DNA of 64,000 nucleotides from Vogesella amnigena (GCF_042648905.1 NZ_JBHRYH010000021.1:107657-171656); one strand, 5' to 3'. Counted from the stretch's first letter, positions 39,534 through 49,820 are shown. Numbers and translations: made by a program. The notes: a model not told the origin generated them from the letters alone.

Positions 39534-39914
39534 GTGTCTAGCGCAAACGATATCGTTCTGTTCCACAAACAGGACATCACCCCCGATACCTTCGCCGCCC
39601 CTGCCGAGCGTCAGCTCAGTGGTTCGTGCCAGCAGGCGGTGGAAATGCATTACAGCGATCCGACCGGCCAGTTCCACGCCGGGCTGTGGTCTGGAGGTGT
39701 TGGTGCCTGGCGGGTGAAATACACGGAGTGCGAATTCTGCACTCTGCTGGAAGGTTATGTACGCATGCACGGCGATGATGGCTCGGTGATCGAGATTCGC
39801 GCCGGTCAGCATTTCGTGATCCCGGCCGGCTTTGAAGGCGTATGGGAAGTGATCGAACCGGCCAGGAAAACCTTTGCCGTGTTCGAGGAAGACCGTCTGG
39901 CGCGCAAGGACTGA
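39534..39914 (+). CDS. cupin-domain protein (126 aa)
   Basis: GTG start after AAGGAG. Two-motif cupin pattern G(x)5HxH-like / beta-barrel. Compact. Followed by a terminator. Confidence 0.6.
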   Translation: MSSANDIVLFHKQDITPDTFAAPAERQLSGSCQQAVEMHYSDPTGQFHAGLWSGGVGAWRVKYTECEFCTLLEGYVRMHGDDGSVIEIRAGQHFVIPAGFEGVWEVIEPARKTFAVFEEDRLARKD

Positions 39915-39937
39915 GCTGCCAGCGACAAAATGCCAAC

Positions 39938-39968
39938 AGGCCACCGTGATCCGGTGGCCTGTTTTTTT
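39938..39968 (+). terminator. Rho-independent terminator (AGGCCACCG-TGATC-CGGTGGCCT + T7)
   Basis: 9-bp GC stem and T7 tract after the cupin gene. Confidence 0.65.
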
Positions 39969-40088
39969 GTAGGGTGGGCAAAGCGTAGCGTGCCCACCAC
40001 TGACAGCTTGCCGGTGGGCACGGCCAGGAGGCCTTTGCCCACGCGCATCTGCCGGCAGCATCTCGCCGCCCCACGCGTCGTGAAGACC

Positions 40089-40802
40089 CTAGAACTTGTC
40101 CAGCGTAGCGAAGTAGCGCCACTGCCCGGCCGGCAGCTTGCCCAGCCGCACGCGGCCGATGCGGATGCAGCGGCACTCCAGCGCGCGCAGCCCGTTTGCG
40201 GCCAACATGGCGGCGATCATGCCCGGCACCGGTTTCTTCAACACCACACACAGCTGGCGCTCGCTCTGGCGGCTGACACGGCCGGCGCGCAGCTGTCTGC
40301 CGTTCAGCTCCACCCCGCCCTGCAGGCTTTTCAGCGCGGCATCCGATAGCGGCGCCGCCAGGTTCACCAGCCATTCCTGCTCGAAATCACCGGCCTGCAG
40401 CTGGCGTGCCAGCTTGCCATCCTGCGTCGCCACGGTAAGGCCGCTGTCGCCGGCCTGCAGCGCGCCAAACCACTGCAGCCGGTGCTGGTGCTTGCGCATG
40501 TACACCAGCTGGCTGGCATCGTCGGCAGCGCGCCGCGCCGGTACCAGCTGCGCCAGCAGCGCGGTCTCGTCCACGCCGGCTGGCTTGTGCAGCAGCATGC
40601 TCACCCGATCCGGCTGCTCACGCGGTCCGCCGGCGAGGAGCTCGATCTGCTGCTCCGGCAGCACGCGGCTGCCCAGCACGTCCACTACCTTGCCATCCAC
40701 CAGCACCAGGCCCTGGGCGATGTAGTCGTCTGCCTCGCCGCGCGAGCACAGCCCCAGTTCCGCCATGCGCTTGGACAGGCGGATACTCTGCTGCTCGCTC
40801 AT
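40089..40802 (-). CDS. S4-domain RNA pseudouridine synthase, RsuA/RluF family
   Basis: N-terminal S4 fold; LLHKPAG; GDSGL (RLDxDTxGL-like); C-terminal RIGRVRLG. Confidence 0.7.
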   Translation of the reverse strand: MSEQQSIRLSKRMAELGLCSRGEADDYIAQGLVLVDGKVVDVLGSRVLPEQQIELLAGGPREQPDRVSMLLHKPAGVDETALLAQLVPARRAADDASQLVYMRKHQHRLQWFGALQAGDSGLTVATQDGKLARQLQAGDFEQEWLVNLAAPLSDAALKSLQGGVELNGRQLRAGRVSRQSERQLCVVLKKPVPGMIAAMLAANGLRALECRCIRIGRVRLGKLPAGQWRYFATLDKF

Positions 40803-41431
40803 GCCTGATCCTGTTCCAGCTGCGCGACACGCTGCAGCAGCTGCGCCAGCTGCGCCTCCAGCTCGGCCACCCGTGCTTCCAGCCCGGCATTGCCGCCAGT
40901 GGCTACCGGGTTGGCCGCAAGCGAGGCATCGTAAGGCAGCAGGGTGTGCACCCAGCGCGCCTCGCGCTCGCCCGGCTGGCGCGGCAGCTTTTCCACCAGC
41001 GGCGGGTATTTGTCGGCCAGCGCGTTCAGCGCGGTTTCCACTTCTTCCAGCCCGCTGAAGCTGTACATGCGGCCGGCGCGGCTGCGCAGTTCGGCGCTGG
41101 TCTGCGCGCCGCGCAGCAACAGCAGGCCCAGCACTGCCAGGCGGGCGCCTTCGATGTTCCAGGTGTAGTTCAGCCGGTGTTCGTATTTGGCCACCCGGCT
41201 GCCGGCCGGCAGGCGTTCCGCTATCAGCTTCTGCGCCAGCAGGCTGTCCAGTGCCGCGGCCAGATCGCTGTCGGACAGGTTCAGCACCGGCTCGCGGCTG
41301 GTGAGCTGGTTGCAGGCCGACTGCAGCGCGTTCAGCGTCAGCGGGTAGTTGTCCGGGGTCAGCGCCTGTTTCTCGATCAGGGCGCCCAGCACGCGCACCG
41401 CGTGCGGGTCCAGTGTCAGTCTGTCGTCCAT
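40799..41431 (-). CDS. YceH (UPF0502/DUF480) family protein
   Basis: MDDRLTLDPHAVRVLGALIEKQALTPDNYPLTLNAL... characteristic YceH N-terminus. Coiled-coil C-terminus. Confidence 0.75.
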   Translation of the reverse strand: MDDRLTLDPHAVRVLGALIEKQALTPDNYPLTLNALQSACNQLTSREPVLNLSDSDLAAALDSLLAQKLIAERLPAGSRVAKYEHRLNYTWNIEGARLAVLGLLLLRGAQTSAELRSRAGRMYSFSGLEEVETALNALADKYPPLVEKLPRQPGEREARWVHTLLPYDASLAANPVATGGNAGLEARVAELEAQLAQLLQRVAQLEQDQA

Positions 41432-41533
41432 TGCATGTTACCTCGTCGTTGCGGCCGCCATCATCGCACTGCCACCGGCTTGCGGCCAGCCTTGTCTGCG
41501 ACTACCCTTGCGCGGGTTTTGGCACGCTGATGG

Positions 41534-42292
41534 ATGCAGGATATGAAACGGGTGGATGTTTTGCTGGTGGAACAAGGGCTTGCCGCGTCGCGCACCGCAG
41601 CGCAGGCGCTGATTGAGGCCGGGCGCGTCAGCGTGGCTGGCCGGGTACTGGCCAAGCCCAGCCAGAAGCTGGCGGAAGATACCGTGTTCGACATCGTGCC
41701 GGATGAGGCCGACCGCTACGTGTCGCGCGGCGGGCTGAAGATGGCCGGTGCGCTGGCGGCGGCCGGGCTGGATGACATCCACGGCTGGCGCGCGCTGGAC
41801 GTGGGGCAATCCACCGGCGGCTTTACCGATTGCCTGCTGCAGCATGGCGCCGTGCGCGTGGTGGGGGTGGACGTGGGCCACGACCAGCTGGCAGACCGCA
41901 TCGCCGCCGACCCGCGAGTACGCTATTTCGAAGGTGTGAATGCGCGGGCGCTGGATCACGCTGCGCTGCTGGCGGCCAACGACGACCAGCCATTCGACCT
42001 GATGGTGTGCGATGTGTCGTTCATTTCGGTGACGCTGATCTACCCGTCGGCACTGCCGCTGATCCGCCCCGGCGGCTACCTGCTGAGCCTGGTGAAGCCG
42101 CAGTTCGAGGTTGGCCGCGACGGCCTGGGCCACGGCGGCATCGTGCGCGACGAGAGCTTGTACCAGGGCGTGGAAGACAAGATCAGCCAGGCCATTGCCG
42201 AGCAGGGCTTCGAGCGTCTGGCCTGGTTCGACAGCCCGATCAAGGGCGGTGACGGCAACCGCGAGTTCTTCGTGCTGGCACGCCGTCGCTGA
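41534..42292 (+). CDS. tlyA: TlyA-family rRNA (cytidine-2'-O)-methyltransferase (S4 + FtsJ-like)
   Basis: S4 N-terminus (RVDVLLVEQGLAASR), SAM motif LDVGQSTGGFTD, DVSFIS. Confidence 0.85.
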   Translation: MQDMKRVDVLLVEQGLAASRTAAQALIEAGRVSVAGRVLAKPSQKLAEDTVFDIVPDEADRYVSRGGLKMAGALAAAGLDDIHGWRALDVGQSTGGFTDCLLQHGAVRVVGVDVGHDQLADRIAADPRVRYFEGVNARALDHAALLAANDDQPFDLMVCDVSFISVTLIYPSALPLIRPGGYLLSLVKPQFEVGRDGLGHGGIVRDESLYQGVEDKISQAIAEQGFERLAWFDSPIKGGDGNREFFVLARRR

Positions 42293-42303
42293 AGCTCGCT
42301 CCA

Positions 42304-42344
42304 TACGCAAAACAGGGCGCCGCTGGCGCCCCGTTTGCGTATAT
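42304..42344. terminator. bidirectional terminator hairpin between convergent tlyA and usp
   Basis: CGCAAAACAGGGCGCC-GCTG-GCGCCCCGTTTGCG long stem with flanking A/T runs. Confidence 0.6.
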
Positions 42345-42359
42345 GGCCTTAGCCCGTAC

Positions 42360-42848
42360 TCAGCCCACGCTGGCCGCAGCCGGGCTATCGTCATCTTCCG
42401 GATTGCGGACAACCAGCAGTGGCAGTGTGGTACGGCGCAGCACGCTTTCGGCAAAGCTGCCCAGCAGCAGATGCTTCCAGCCACGGTGGCCGTGGGTGCC
42501 GATCACCAGCAGGTCGGCAGCGGCGCCGGCGGCAAAATCCACCAGCAGGTTGGCGGTTTCCACTCCGCCCTGTGCCGACTCCAGCAGATGGCAGCTTACC
42601 TCGCTCACGCCATGCTGCTCGGCATAGGCGCGCGCCTCGTCCAGAATCCCCTGCCCCTGCTTGCGCGCCTCGGCCTGCAGCGCCGGCACGTCCAGCAGAC
42701 CTACGCTATCCACGGCAAAATCATGCACGCTGATGACGTGCACCAGCGACAGGCGCGCCTTGGCGGCAGCGGCCAGGCGCACGGCTTCGATCAGCGCCGG
42801 ACGGGCATTGTGGCTGCCATCCAGCGCCACAGTCAGATGACGGTACAT
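42360..42848 (-). CDS. universal stress protein (UspA family)
   Basis: 162 aa. ATP-binding Usp motif GTHGHRGWKHLLLGS. Confidence 0.85.
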   Translation of the reverse strand: MYRHLTVALDGSHNARPALIEAVRLAAAAKARLSLVHVISVHDFAVDSVGLLDVPALQAEARKQGQGILDEARAYAEQHGVSEVSCHLLESAQGGVETANLLVDFAAGAAADLLVIGTHGHRGWKHLLLGSFAESVLRRTTLPLLVVRNPEDDDSPAAASVG

Positions 42849-43015
42849 GGTGTGTTCCTCGGGTGGGTTAGCAAGACGTCATTATGAGCCGCCGCACCAG
42901 ACATGCTAAGCGGCGATACCGCCTTGTTTGATCTGCTTCAAGCCCTGCTTTCACTGTAGCAAGCGCAGCACCGGGCTACAGGAAGCTTGCGTCGTACAGA
43001 CGCCTGCCAAGAACA

Positions 43016-43049
43016 ATGCGGCCAACCTTGCAACGGTTGGCCGCATGGT
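43016..43049. repeat. REP-like palindrome with 7-nt spacer (TGCGGCCAACC-TTGCAAC-GGTTGGCCGCA)
   Basis: Intergenic between the usp gene and the GS-family gene. Confidence 0.65.
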
Positions 43050-43099
43050 GGCGGAACGGCCCGCTGGGGCTTTCGCCCTATGGCTAAGCGCTGGCCCGC

Positions 43100-44455
43100 T
43101 TACGCCAGCGTGGCGAGGAAGCGGCGTTCCCAGGCGGTGATCTCGCCCTGGAAACTGGCCAGCTCCACCTCTTTCACTGCCGCATAGGCGGCGGCGAATT
43201 CGGCGCTGAACAGGCGGCTACAGGCGCTGCCGGCACGCATGCCGGCCAGCGCTGCCTCCAGCGTGGACGGCAGCTCGCTGCTGTCTTCGCCGCTGCTGAA
43301 CACATTGCCCACTGCTGGCGCCGACGGCTGCAGCTCCTCTTCCACCCCCAGCAGACCGGCACCCAGGCTGGCGGCCAGTGCCAGGTAGGGGTTGGCATCG
43401 CAACCTGGCAGGCGGTTTTCCACGCGGCGTGCCTCCGGGCCGGATACCGGCACACGCAGGCCCACCGAGCGGTTGTCCACACCCCAGCTCAGGTTCACCG
43501 GCGCCGCCAGGTTCTTCACGAAACGGCGGTAGGAATTGGGGCTGGGGCAGTACAGCGGCATCAGCTCGGCCAGGTAACGCTGCAGGCCGGCAATGTAGTG
43601 GTGGAACACGTGGCTGGCTTCGCCATTGGCCTGGCTGAACACATTGCGCCCGCTGGCATCCACCACGCTCTGGTGGATGTGCATGGAGCTGCCGGGCTCG
43701 CCGGCCAGCGGCTTGGCCATGCATACCGCGCGCAGGCCGTGGCGCAGCGCGGTTTCCTTCAGCAGGGTCTTGAACAGGAAGGTCTGGTCGGCCAGCGCCA
43801 GCGCATCGCCGTGCATCAGGTTGATCTCGAACTGGCTGGGGCCCATCTCGTGCACCCAGGTATCGGTCTGGATGCCCAGCTGCTCGCAACCGCTGTAGAT
43901 GTCGTCGAAGAAGGCTTCGTGATCGTTCAGCGTGCTGAAGCTGAAGGCATCGAAGCCACGCTCGCGGCGGCTGCCGCGCAGGGCCGGGCTCTGGAAGGCG
44001 GCATCGGCGTCGGCATCCGGCGCGAACAGGTAGAACTCCAGTTCCGGCGCCACCACCGGTGTCCAGCCACGCGCGGCGTAGCGCGCCAGCACCGCCTTGA
44101 GCGCGCTGCGCGGCGCCAGCGGGCTGAGGCTGCCATCGTGGTCCACGTTGTCGCACAGCACCAGCGCACGCGGGGTATCCGCCCACGGTACCCGGCGCAG
44201 GGTGGCCATGTCCGGCAGCAGGGTGACATCCGGGTCGTTTTCGCCATAGAAACGGTAGTCGGGAAACTCGCCGACACAGGACTGAATGGCCACAGCGCGT
44301 GCAATGCGCAGCTGCTGCCCCTTGATGAAGGCCTTGGCGGGCAGGGTCTTGCCGCGGGCAAAGCCGGTGACATCGGCAAACGCCAGCTCGACGTCACGCA
44401 CGCCATCGGCGTTGAGCCACTGTGCTTGTTCGGCGCTGGGTACGGGATGCTGCAT
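43100..44455 (-). CDS. glutamine synthetase family protein (gamma-glutamyl-polyamine synthetase PuuA-like / GlnA type)
   Basis: GS catalytic domain motifs (EFEINLMHGDAL, KPLAGEPGSSMHIHQS, NRSVGLRVP). Start at the ATG 8 nt after AGGAG (MQHPVPS). Confidence 0.85.
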   Translation of the reverse strand: MQHPVPSAEQAQWLNADGVRDVELAFADVTGFARGKTLPAKAFIKGQQLRIARAVAIQSCVGEFPDYRFYGENDPDVTLLPDMATLRRVPWADTPRALVLCDNVDHDGSLSPLAPRSALKAVLARYAARGWTPVVAPELEFYLFAPDADADAAFQSPALRGSRRERGFDAFSFSTLNDHEAFFDDIYSGCEQLGIQTDTWVHEMGPSQFEINLMHGDALALADQTFLFKTLLKETALRHGLRAVCMAKPLAGEPGSSMHIHQSVVDASGRNVFSQANGEASHVFHHYIAGLQRYLAELMPLYCPSPNSYRRFVKNLAAPVNLSWGVDNRSVGLRVPVSGPEARRVENRLPGCDANPYLALAASLGAGLLGVEEELQPSAPAVGNVFSSGEDSSELPSTLEAALAGMRAGSACSRLFSAEFAAAYAAVKEVELASFQGEITAWERRFLATLA

Positions 44456-44623
44456 CAGACGGTTCTCCTGGTCAGGTACATGGCGCGACAGCCGCGCTGC
44501 TGTGCGGATTATGCGCGATACAGTTTCGCAGGCAAGCACATCGTTCCGACTAGCGGAACAAAGTCGTTAAATATTTTAATCACCGGCAAATCACTGCCAC
44601 GACTGTGGCCTGCGGCCAACACC

Positions 44624-45835
44624 TCACGGCAACAGGGTCACCCGATTGCGCCCGGCATGCTTGGACTGGTACATCGCCTCGTCGGCGCGCGCCAGCCAGC
44701 CGTGCAGCGCCTCGCCCGGGCGATGCGGTGTCACACCGAACGACGCGGTTACCACCAGGCTGGCACCCTCTACCGGCAAGGCTTGCGCGGCCAGTGTGTC
44801 GCACAGCCGCTGTGCCAGTGCGGCAGCATCTGCCGGCTCGGCATCCGGCAGGATCACCACGAACTCCTCGCCGCCGAAGCGCGCCAGCAGGTCTTCCTGG
44901 CGCAGGCAAGCCAGCATGCGCTCGGCCACGCCACGCAGCACGGCATCGCCGGCGTGGTGACCATAACTGTCATTTACCTGCTTGAAGTGATCGACATCCA
45001 GTAACACCAGCGCCGCCGGCTGATCGGCCGCCACCAGCCGCTTGAGCTCGGCCATGGCCGCGCGACGGTTGGGCAGCTGGGTCAGCTCGTCCACGTGCGC
45101 CATGCGCTCGATGGTCTGCAGCGCCTGCTGCAGCTGACCATGCTCGCGCGTGAGCGCCTGCAGCGCATTGGCGGCACGCACATTGGCCGCCATCAGGTCT
45201 TCGTTGAGCAGGCTGGCCTGCACGCTGGCACGCACGCCGTGGCGCAGCTGGCGGTGCACCACCCAGCCATACAGGCACAGCAGGCAGAAGTAGAGAAAGC
45301 TGGCCACGCCGATGTACTGCCCCATGCGGCCAACCCCGATGAGACCATGCAGCATGCCCGGCAGCAACAGCGCCAGCTCGAACAGCACCACCGCCAGCAT
45401 GAACGCCGATTGCACGACCATCACCAGCGCGCCCACGCTGGCCAGTACCAGGTACAACATCATGGTGAACAGCGGCGATGGCGACTGCAGCCACCAGGCG
45501 GCACTACCCCAGGCCACGCCCACCAGCACCAGGCTGGCGGCATTCAGCTGCGGCCAGCGCTGCAGCATGCGTGCATCCGGCTTGTGCACCAGTGCCCAGG
45601 CATCTACCAGCAGCTGCAGGAACAGCGCCAGACACAGGCCGGCAAACCATGGCCAGAACGGCACCCTACCCAGCAGGCCTTCTTCTTCCAGCACGAAGTA
45701 CAGCAGGATGGCGGCGCTGGGCGCCGACAGGCCGGCCACCAGCCCGCGACGCGCCACCAGCTTGATACAGACGGCCTGCACTTCCTGCTGCAGGCTGGCG
45801 TTGGCATCTGGCACGCTGGGCATCAGCATCGGCAC
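44624..45835 (-). CDS. diguanylate cyclase: N-terminal multi-TM sensor domain + GGDEF domain (GGEEF active site)
   Basis: RFGGEEF, DHFKQVND, GHHAGD motifs. About 6-7 predicted TM helices at the N-terminus. Confidence 0.85.
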   Translation of the reverse strand: MPMLMPSVPDANASLQQEVQAVCIKLVARRGLVAGLSAPSAAILLYFVLEEEGLLGRVPFWPWFAGLCLALFLQLLVDAWALVHKPDARMLQRWPQLNAASLVLVGVAWGSAAWWLQSPSPLFTMMLYLVLASVGALVMVVQSAFMLAVVLFELALLLPGMLHGLIGVGRMGQYIGVASFLYFCLLCLYGWVVHRQLRHGVRASVQASLLNEDLMAANVRAANALQALTREHGQLQQALQTIERMAHVDELTQLPNRRAAMAELKRLVAADQPAALVLLDVDHFKQVNDSYGHHAGDAVLRGVAERMLACLRQEDLLARFGGEEFVVILPDAEPADAAALAQRLCDTLAAQALPVEGASLVVTASFGVTPHRPGEALHGWLARADEAMYQSKHAGRNRVTLLP

Positions 45836-45915
45836 TCCTTTCCCGCTCTGCGGGGAAGATGTGAAAACCCCGCCGGGAGGCGGGGAGGATCACGTACGTA
45901 CTGGCGGGAAGGAGC

Positions 45916-47175
45916 TCAGCTGCGGATCTGGCCGTCACCCAGCACTACCCATTTCTGGCTGGTAAGGCCGTGCAGCCCCACCGGGCCACGAGCGTGGATC
46001 TTGTCGGTGGAGATGCCGATCTCCGCGCCCAGCCCGTATTCGAAACCGTCGGCAAAGCGGGTGCTGGCGTTCACCATCACGCTGGCGGAATCCACCTCGC
46101 GCAGGAAACGGCGCGAACGACTGTAGTCCTCGGTGACGATGGCGTCGGTGTGGTGGCTGCCATAGTGGTTGATGTGCTCGATGGCATCGTCGATGCCGCC
46201 CACCACCTTGATCGCCAGCACCGGTGCCAGGTACTCGGTTTCCCAGTCGGCCTCGGTGGCTGCCACTACCTTGTCGCCCAGGATGCCGCGGGTGCGCTCG
46301 CAGCCGCGCAGCTCCACACCCTTCTCCCAGTAGGCCTCGGCCAGGCGCGGCAGGATGAACTCGGCAAACGCGGTGTGCACCAGCAGGGTTTCCATGGTGT
46401 TGCAGGTGCCGTAGCGGTGGGTCTTGGCGTTCAGCGCAATGTTGAAGGCCTTTTCCGGGTTGGCGGTGTCGTCGATGTAAACATGACAGTTGCCGTCCAG
46501 ATGCTTGATCACCGGCACGCGCGCATCGCGGCTGATACGCTCGATCAGGCCCTTGCCGCCACGCGGCACGATCACGTCCACGAACTCGCTCATGGTGATG
46601 AGCTCGCCCACCGCGGCGCGGTCGGTGGTTTCCAGCACCTGCACCGCGTGCGGCGGCAGGTCGGCCACGCGCAGGCCCTCGTGCACGCAGGCGGCAATCG
46701 CCTGGTTGCTGTGGAAGGCCTCGGAGCCGCCACGCAGGATCACCGCATTACCGGACTTCAAGCACAGACCGGCGGCGTCGGCGGTCACGTTGGGGCGTGC
46801 TTCGTAAATGATGCCCACCACGCCCAGCGGCACGCGCATCTTGCCCAGCTGGATGCCGGACGGGCGGTAGGTGAAGTCGTCCATCTCGCCCACCGGGTCC
46901 GGCAGCGCGGCGATCTGGCGCAGGCCCTCGGCCATGCCGCGCGCGGTTTTCTCCGACAGCGTCAGTCGGTCGATCAGCGCCTCTTCCAGCCCGTTCAGGC
47001 GGGCGGCGTCCAGATCCTGCATGTTGGCCGCAATCAACCGCTCCAGGTCGCGCTCGATGGCGTCGGCAATCGCCAGCAGTGCCTTGTTCTTCTGGTTGCT
47101 GTCAGCCCGCGCCAGTGCCCGGCTGGCCTTGCGTGCAGCCTGGCCGACAACGTTCATGTAGTGCTTGATGTCCAT
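45916..47175 (-). CDS. proA: gamma-glutamyl phosphate reductase (glutamate-5-semialdehyde dehydrogenase)
   Basis: Colinear with E. coli ProA ([27 protein letters not shown]...CN). Start trimmed to MDIKHY. Confidence 0.9.
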   Translation of the reverse strand: MDIKHYMNVVGQAARKASRALARADSNQKNKALLAIADAIERDLERLIAANMQDLDAARLNGLEEALIDRLTLSEKTARGMAEGLRQIAALPDPVGEMDDFTYRPSGIQLGKMRVPLGVVGIIYEARPNVTADAAGLCLKSGNAVILRGGSEAFHSNQAIAACVHEGLRVADLPPHAVQVLETTDRAAVGELITMSEFVDVIVPRGGKGLIERISRDARVPVIKHLDGNCHVYIDDTANPEKAFNIALNAKTHRYGTCNTMETLLVHTAFAEFILPRLAEAYWEKGVELRGCERTRGILGDKVVAATEADWETEYLAPVLAIKVVGGIDDAIEHINHYGSHHTDAIVTEDYSRSRRFLREVDSASVMVNASTRFADGFEYGLGAEIGISTDKIHARGPVGLHGLTSQKWVVLGDGQIRS

Positions 47176-47457
47176 GGTCTTGTCCTGCAAAAACTGATTT
47201 TTGTGTTGCATGGCAGGGTACTGCAAAGCAGGCCATTTCGGCCAGTGTTTATCGCTAGGCAACAGCCGTTGCCAGCGGCATGCGGGTGCCGGCAAGTGCC
47301 TGCTTTATCGGGATTTGTGCAACGTTTTGCTATCGATAAATGCCCCGCCTGACGGTGCGGGATTGACCGCGCCGGCGTATCGCCATACTTTGTCTGACAA
47401 GCAACCGCTTGATAAAAACAGCGCACAGCGCGACAGCACAACAGGAGACCCCCGAAC

Positions 47458-49359
47458 ATGGCGAATTACCAGGACTTCCACCAACACTCGATCACGCAAC
47501 CGGAAGCCTTCTGGCAACAGGAAGCACAACGCATCCATTGGCACAAACCCTGCGACAAGGTGCTGGAATACAGCCAGCCGCCGTTCCGGCAATGGTTTGC
47601 CGGCGGCCTGACCAACCTGTGCTACAACGCGGTGGACCGCCACCTGGCCGAACGCCCGGAGCAGGCCGCGCTGGCCTATGTCTCCACCGAAACCGGCATC
47701 GAAACCAGCTACAGCTACCGCGAGCTGCATGCCGAGGTGGCGCGCTTTGCCGCCATCCTGCAGGCACAGGGTGTGGGCAAGGGTGACCGGGTGCTGATCT
47801 ACATGCCAATGATCCCGGAGGCCATCTTCGCCATGCTGGCCACCGTGCGCCTGGGCGCCATCCATTCGGTGGTGTTCGGCGGCTTTGCCTCCGCCAGCCT
47901 GGCCACCCGTATCGAGGATGCCGCCCCCAAGGTGATGGTGACCGCCGATGCCGGCCTGCGCGGCGGCAAGCTGATTCCCTACAAGCCGCTGGTGGACGAA
48001 GCGCTAAGCCTGGCCGGCGCCGCCGCGCCGCAGAAGGTGATCCTGGTGAACCGTGGCCTGGCCGAGGCGCCAATGATGAAGCCGGGGCGCGACCTGGACT
48101 ACGACACCCTGCGCGACGCGCACCTGAACGACCGCGCCGAGGTGGAGTGGGTGGAATCCAGCCACCCCAGCTACATCCTGTACACCTCCGGCACCACCGG
48201 CAAACCCAAGGGCGTGCAGCGCGATACCGGCGGCTACGCGGTGGCACTGGCGGCCAGCATGGAATACATCTACGGCGGCAAGCCGGGCGAGTGCTTCTTC
48301 AGCACCTCCGACATCGGCTGGGTGGTGGGCCACTCCTACATCGTGTACGCGCCGCTGCTCACCGGCATGACCACCCTGGTATACGAGGGCCTGCCCACCA
48401 ACCCGGATGCCGGCATCTGGTGGCAACTGGTGGAGAAATACCGTGTCAGCGTGATGTTCTCCGCCCCCACCGCGGTACGGGTGCTGAAGAAGCAGGACCC
48501 GGCCTGGCTGCACAAATACGATATCTCCAGCCTGCGCGCGCTGTTCCTGGCCGGCGAGCCGCTGGACGAACCCACCGCCAGCTGGATTGCCGGCGAATTG
48601 AACATCCCGGTGCTGGACAACTACTGGCAGACCGAAACCGGCTGGCCGATGCTGACACTGTGCAATGGCGTGGAACAGAAGACGGTGAAATACGGCAGCC
48701 CCGGCCTGCCGGTGTATGGCTACGACATCCGCCTGTTCAACGAGCAGACCGGGGAGGAAGTGGGCCCCGGCGAGAAAGGGGTGATCGGCGTGCTGCCGCC
48801 GCTGCCGCCGGGCTGCATGAGCACCATCTGGGGCCAGGACCAGCGCTTTGTCGACACCTACTTCAGCCTGTTCCCGGACAAACTGGTCTACTCCAGCTTC
48901 GACTGGGGCATCAAGGACGCAGACGGCTACTTCACCATCCTTGGCCGCACCGATGACGTGATCAACGTGGCCGGCCACCGCCTTGGCACCCGCGAGATCG
49001 AGGAAGCGGTAAGCAGCCACAGCGCCATTGCCGAGGTGGCGGTGGTGGGAGTGGAAGACAGCCTGAAGGGCCAGGTGCCCAAGGCGTTTGCGGTGGTAAA
49101 GAACCCGGCGCTGCTGGATGACCCGGACAGCCGTGGCAAGCTGGAGAAAGAGGTGATCGCCCAGGTGGCGGCGCAGCTGGGGGCGATTGCCAACCCGGCG
49201 CGGGTGTACTTCGTGAACCAGCTACCCAAGACCCGCTCCGGCAAGGTGCTGCGCCGCTCGATCCAGGCGCTGGCCGAAGGCCGCGACCCCGGCGACCTCA
49301 CTACCCTGGACGATCCTGCCGGCATCGAGCAGATCCGCCTGGCGGTGAAACCGGCGTAA
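47458..49359 (+). CDS. prpE: propionate--CoA ligase / short-chain acyl-CoA synthetase (AMP-forming)
   Basis: 633 aa. PrpE/Acs N-terminus MANYQDFHQHSI...FWQQ; AMP-binding motif YTSGTTGKPKGV; C-terminal lysine region. Confidence 0.85.
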   Translation: MANYQDFHQHSITQPEAFWQQEAQRIHWHKPCDKVLEYSQPPFRQWFAGGLTNLCYNAVDRHLAERPEQAALAYVSTETGIETSYSYRELHAEVARFAAILQAQGVGKGDRVLIYMPMIPEAIFAMLATVRLGAIHSVVFGGFASASLATRIEDAAPKVMVTADAGLRGGKLIPYKPLVDEALSLAGAAAPQKVILVNRGLAEAPMMKPGRDLDYDTLRDAHLNDRAEVEWVESSHPSYILYTSGTTGKPKGVQRDTGGYAVALAASMEYIYGGKPGECFFSTSDIGWVVGHSYIVYAPLLTGMTTLVYEGLPTNPDAGIWWQLVEKYRVSVMFSAPTAVRVLKKQDPAWLHKYDISSLRALFLAGEPLDEPTASWIAGELNIPVLDNYWQTETGWPMLTLCNGVEQKTVKYGSPGLPVYGYDIRLFNEQTGEEVGPGEKGVIGVLPPLPPGCMSTIWGQDQRFVDTYFSLFPDKLVYSSFDWGIKDADGYFTILGRTDDVINVAGHRLGTREIEEAVSSHSAIAEVAVVGVEDSLKGQVPKAFAVVKNPALLDDPDSRGKLEKEVIAQVAAQLGAIANPARVYFVNQLPKTRSGKVLRRSIQALAEGRDPGDLTTLDDPAGIEQIRLAVKPA

Positions 49360-49392
49360 CAGCAAGGCGACCACCGGTCGCCGGCTCCCTTG

Positions 49393-49427
49393 GACCGCCA
49401 TCATCGAGGGATGGCGGTCTTTTTTTG
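49393..49427 (+). terminator. Rho-independent terminator after prpE (GACCGCCAT-...-ATGGCGGTC + T7)
   Basis: 9-bp stem and T7 tract, then REP copies. Confidence 0.7.
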
Positions 49428-49475
49428 CGGCCAACGTTGGCAGACAACTCTGTTGCGGCCAAGGTTGGCCGCAAG
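49425..49475. repeat. two adjacent REP-like copies (TTGCGGCCAACGTTGGCAGAC ; GTTGCGGCCAAGGTTGGCCGCAAG)
   Basis: Tandem family members immediately after the prpE terminator. Confidence 0.65.
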
Positions 49476-49560
49476 ACTGAATGGTGTTCACTTAAGAAAT
49501 CACACCCATCCGCTCTGGAGTTAGAACGGTAGCGACTTGCCCCAATCCCGTTGGCGCGAG

Positions 49561-49666
49561 CCGTGTAAAACGGTATGCCCCAGGTTTTAAGCCACCGCAT
49601 GTTTGAGCCGCGCGACGCTAGCGCGCGGCGAGTTCGGTGGCGCCTGGGGCTTGCCGTTTTGCACGG
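49561..49666. repeat. long imperfect inverted repeat (about 35-bp arms) enclosing a GC-palindrome (CCGCGCG-ACGCTAGC-GCGCGG): about 106-bp cruciform/long-hairpin element
   Basis: Arms CCGTGTAAAACGGTATGCCCCAGGTTTTAAGCCACCG / CGGTGGCGCCTGGGGCTTGCCGTTTTGCACGG. Further palindromes at 49711-49737 (TTAAGGGGG...CCCCCTTAA) and GTGATCAC at about 49796. Confidence 0.45.
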
Positions 49667-49820
49667 GGTTTCGAGCAGCCCCAGATAGAGCCAGCCGGAG
49701 CCGGGGATTGTTAAGGGGGCCGCGGTGGCCCCCTTAACCTGTCCGCCGGGCGGAACCGGCATCAAAATCATCATCCGCGAAGCGGATTCAGCTAAGTGAT
49801 CACCATTTAGCCGCAAGACC

